From an uncultured virus (IMG/VR IMGVR_UViG_3300029258_001513) (Duplodnaviria > Heunggongvirae > Uroviricota > Caudoviricetes), in the IMG/VR virus record IMGVR_UViG_3300029258_001513: a DNA stretch of 55,051 nucleotides; one strand, 5' to 3'. Below the pieces are notes generated by a model. That model saw nothing but the letters and a program-made list of their open reading frames with translations. It did not search any database and was not told where the DNA came from. The position numbers and the translations under genes were made by a program. Numbering within the stretch: the first letter of the stretch is position 1; the number at the start of each line of letters is the position of its first letter. This document shows, one piece after another, positions 53,735 to 55,051 of this stretch.

Positions 53735-55051
53735 ATGGCTGACAAAGACCTGAAACTCATTCAAGAGCAGGCGGACGGCTCGTTCGCTGAGGTTGACTTG
53801 ACCCCCGTAGCCGGTGAAGTGCTGGATTTTGACGCCAGCAAAGAACCGCAGATGGCAGGAGCGATTCATTCGGGTTCTGGCAATACCAGCAACTCAGGCA
53901 ACTACTGCTCAATCAGCGGTCAGTACAACAGTAGCAACACAGGCGGCTATTGCTTGATTTCTGGCAGTTACAACTACAGCAACTCAGGCTACCTCTGCTT
54001 GATTTCTGGTTATTACAACTACAATAACAGCGGTGACTACTGCCTGATTTCTGGTTATTACAACTACAATAACAGCGGTGACTACTGCTCGATTTCTGGC
54101 GCTAACAATACCAGCAACTCAGGCAGCTACTGCTCGATTTCTGGTTCTTCCAACTACGGTAACTCAGGCAGCTACTGCTCGATTTCTGGTTCCTACAATC
54201 ACAACAACTCTGCCAGTCATTGTATTATAGGCGGCAAGGATAATGACTACATCCATGCCGATGCTGACTACTCTCTTATTTGCGGTGAGTTGAACAGCAA
54301 AACTGGTGCTGATGCTTCTGAAGGTTCTCACTGCATTATTGGCGGCAAGAACAACTACAACAACAGCGGTGACTACTGCCTGATTTCTGGTGGTGGTTCA
54401 TTACGGCAACCACTCCAACTCAGGCAACGGCTGCTCAATCAGCGGTTATTACAACAACGGCAACTCAGGTAACTATTGCAGCATCAGCGGTTATCACAAC
54501 CACTCCAACTCAGGCAACGGCTGCTCAATCAGCGGTTATTACAACAACGGCAACTCAGGTAACTATTGCAACATCAGCGGTTATTTCAACCACTCCAACT
54601 CAGGCGACTATTGCAGTATCAGCGGTTCCTACAATTACAGCAACTCAGGCTGGTATTGCAACATCAGCGGTTATTTCAACCACTCCAACTCAGGCGACTA
54701 CTGCTCCATCAGCGGTTTCGCCAACAACAGCAACGCAGGCGACTATTGCTCGATTTCTGGTCAAGGCAACGACGGTAACTCAGGCAGCAGTTGCCTGATT
54801 TCTGGTGGTGGTTATTTCGGCAACCACTCCAACTCAGGCAACTGCTGCTCAATCAGCGGTTATTACAACGACAGCAACACAGGCGACTATTGCAACATCA
54901 GCGGTTGTGGCAACAACAGCAACTCAGGCAGCTATTGCAACATCAGCGGTTATTTCAACCACTCCAACTCAGGCAGCTATAGTAGTATCAGCGGTTATTA
55001 CAACCACACCAACGGAGGCTGGTATTGCAGTATCAGCGGTTATTACAACCA
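53735..55051 (+). CDS. 13-aa Cys/Asn/Ser/Gly repeat (beta-solenoid-like) protein, +1 frameshift near 54399, runs off the window
   Basis: NxxNSGxYCxISG units continue in another frame after 54400. Confidence 0.7.
53881..55051 (+). repeat. Degenerate 39-bp coding tandem repeat
   Basis: AACTCAGGC..TGC..ATCAGCGGT / ATTTCTGGT units. Confidence 0.9.

Noticed and set aside
54566..54982. Gln/Leu-rich ORFs in the track
   Set aside because: Out-of-frame translations of the 39-bp repeat.
53881..55051. CRISPR array or DGR template/variable repeat
   Set aside because: Repeats are contiguous in-frame coding units without spacers; no cas or reverse transcriptase gene in the window.

Overview
Fragment of a large tailed phage genome (Caudoviricetes-like, GC-rich, essentially all genes on the + strand). 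1-6.6 kb: radical SAM/SPASM tail, metallophosphoesterase, an amber-suppressor tRNA(CUA) and a Pth2-like peptidyl-tRNA hydrolase split by an in-frame TAG. 6.6-13.1 kb: a dense tRNA/ncRNA operon (Phe, 5 Leu, Tyr, 2 Cys, Asn, 4 Ser), three Y-RNA(YrlA)-like permuted tRNA mimics, several tRNA-like RNAs with large inserts, and split tRNAs interrupted by HNH/cargo cassettes. 13-22.7 kb: small early-type ORFs behind a repeated TCAGAAT-N13-TGCAATGA motif. 23-55 kb: intein-rich late region (DUF2201/vWA peptidase, NusG-like and sigma-region-4-like regulators, terminase large subunit, topoisomerase IB, portal, CCA-adding enzyme, fibre-like repeat proteins). Two standout candidate systems: (1) a leader-peptide transcription attenuator whose codons match, nearly one-for-one, the anticodons of the tRNA operon it precedes; (2) a possible amber-readthrough circuit (suppressor tRNA, TAG-containing leader, TAG-interrupted genes) in an otherwise standard-code genome. 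All family assignments are by eye from motifs; no database searches were run.
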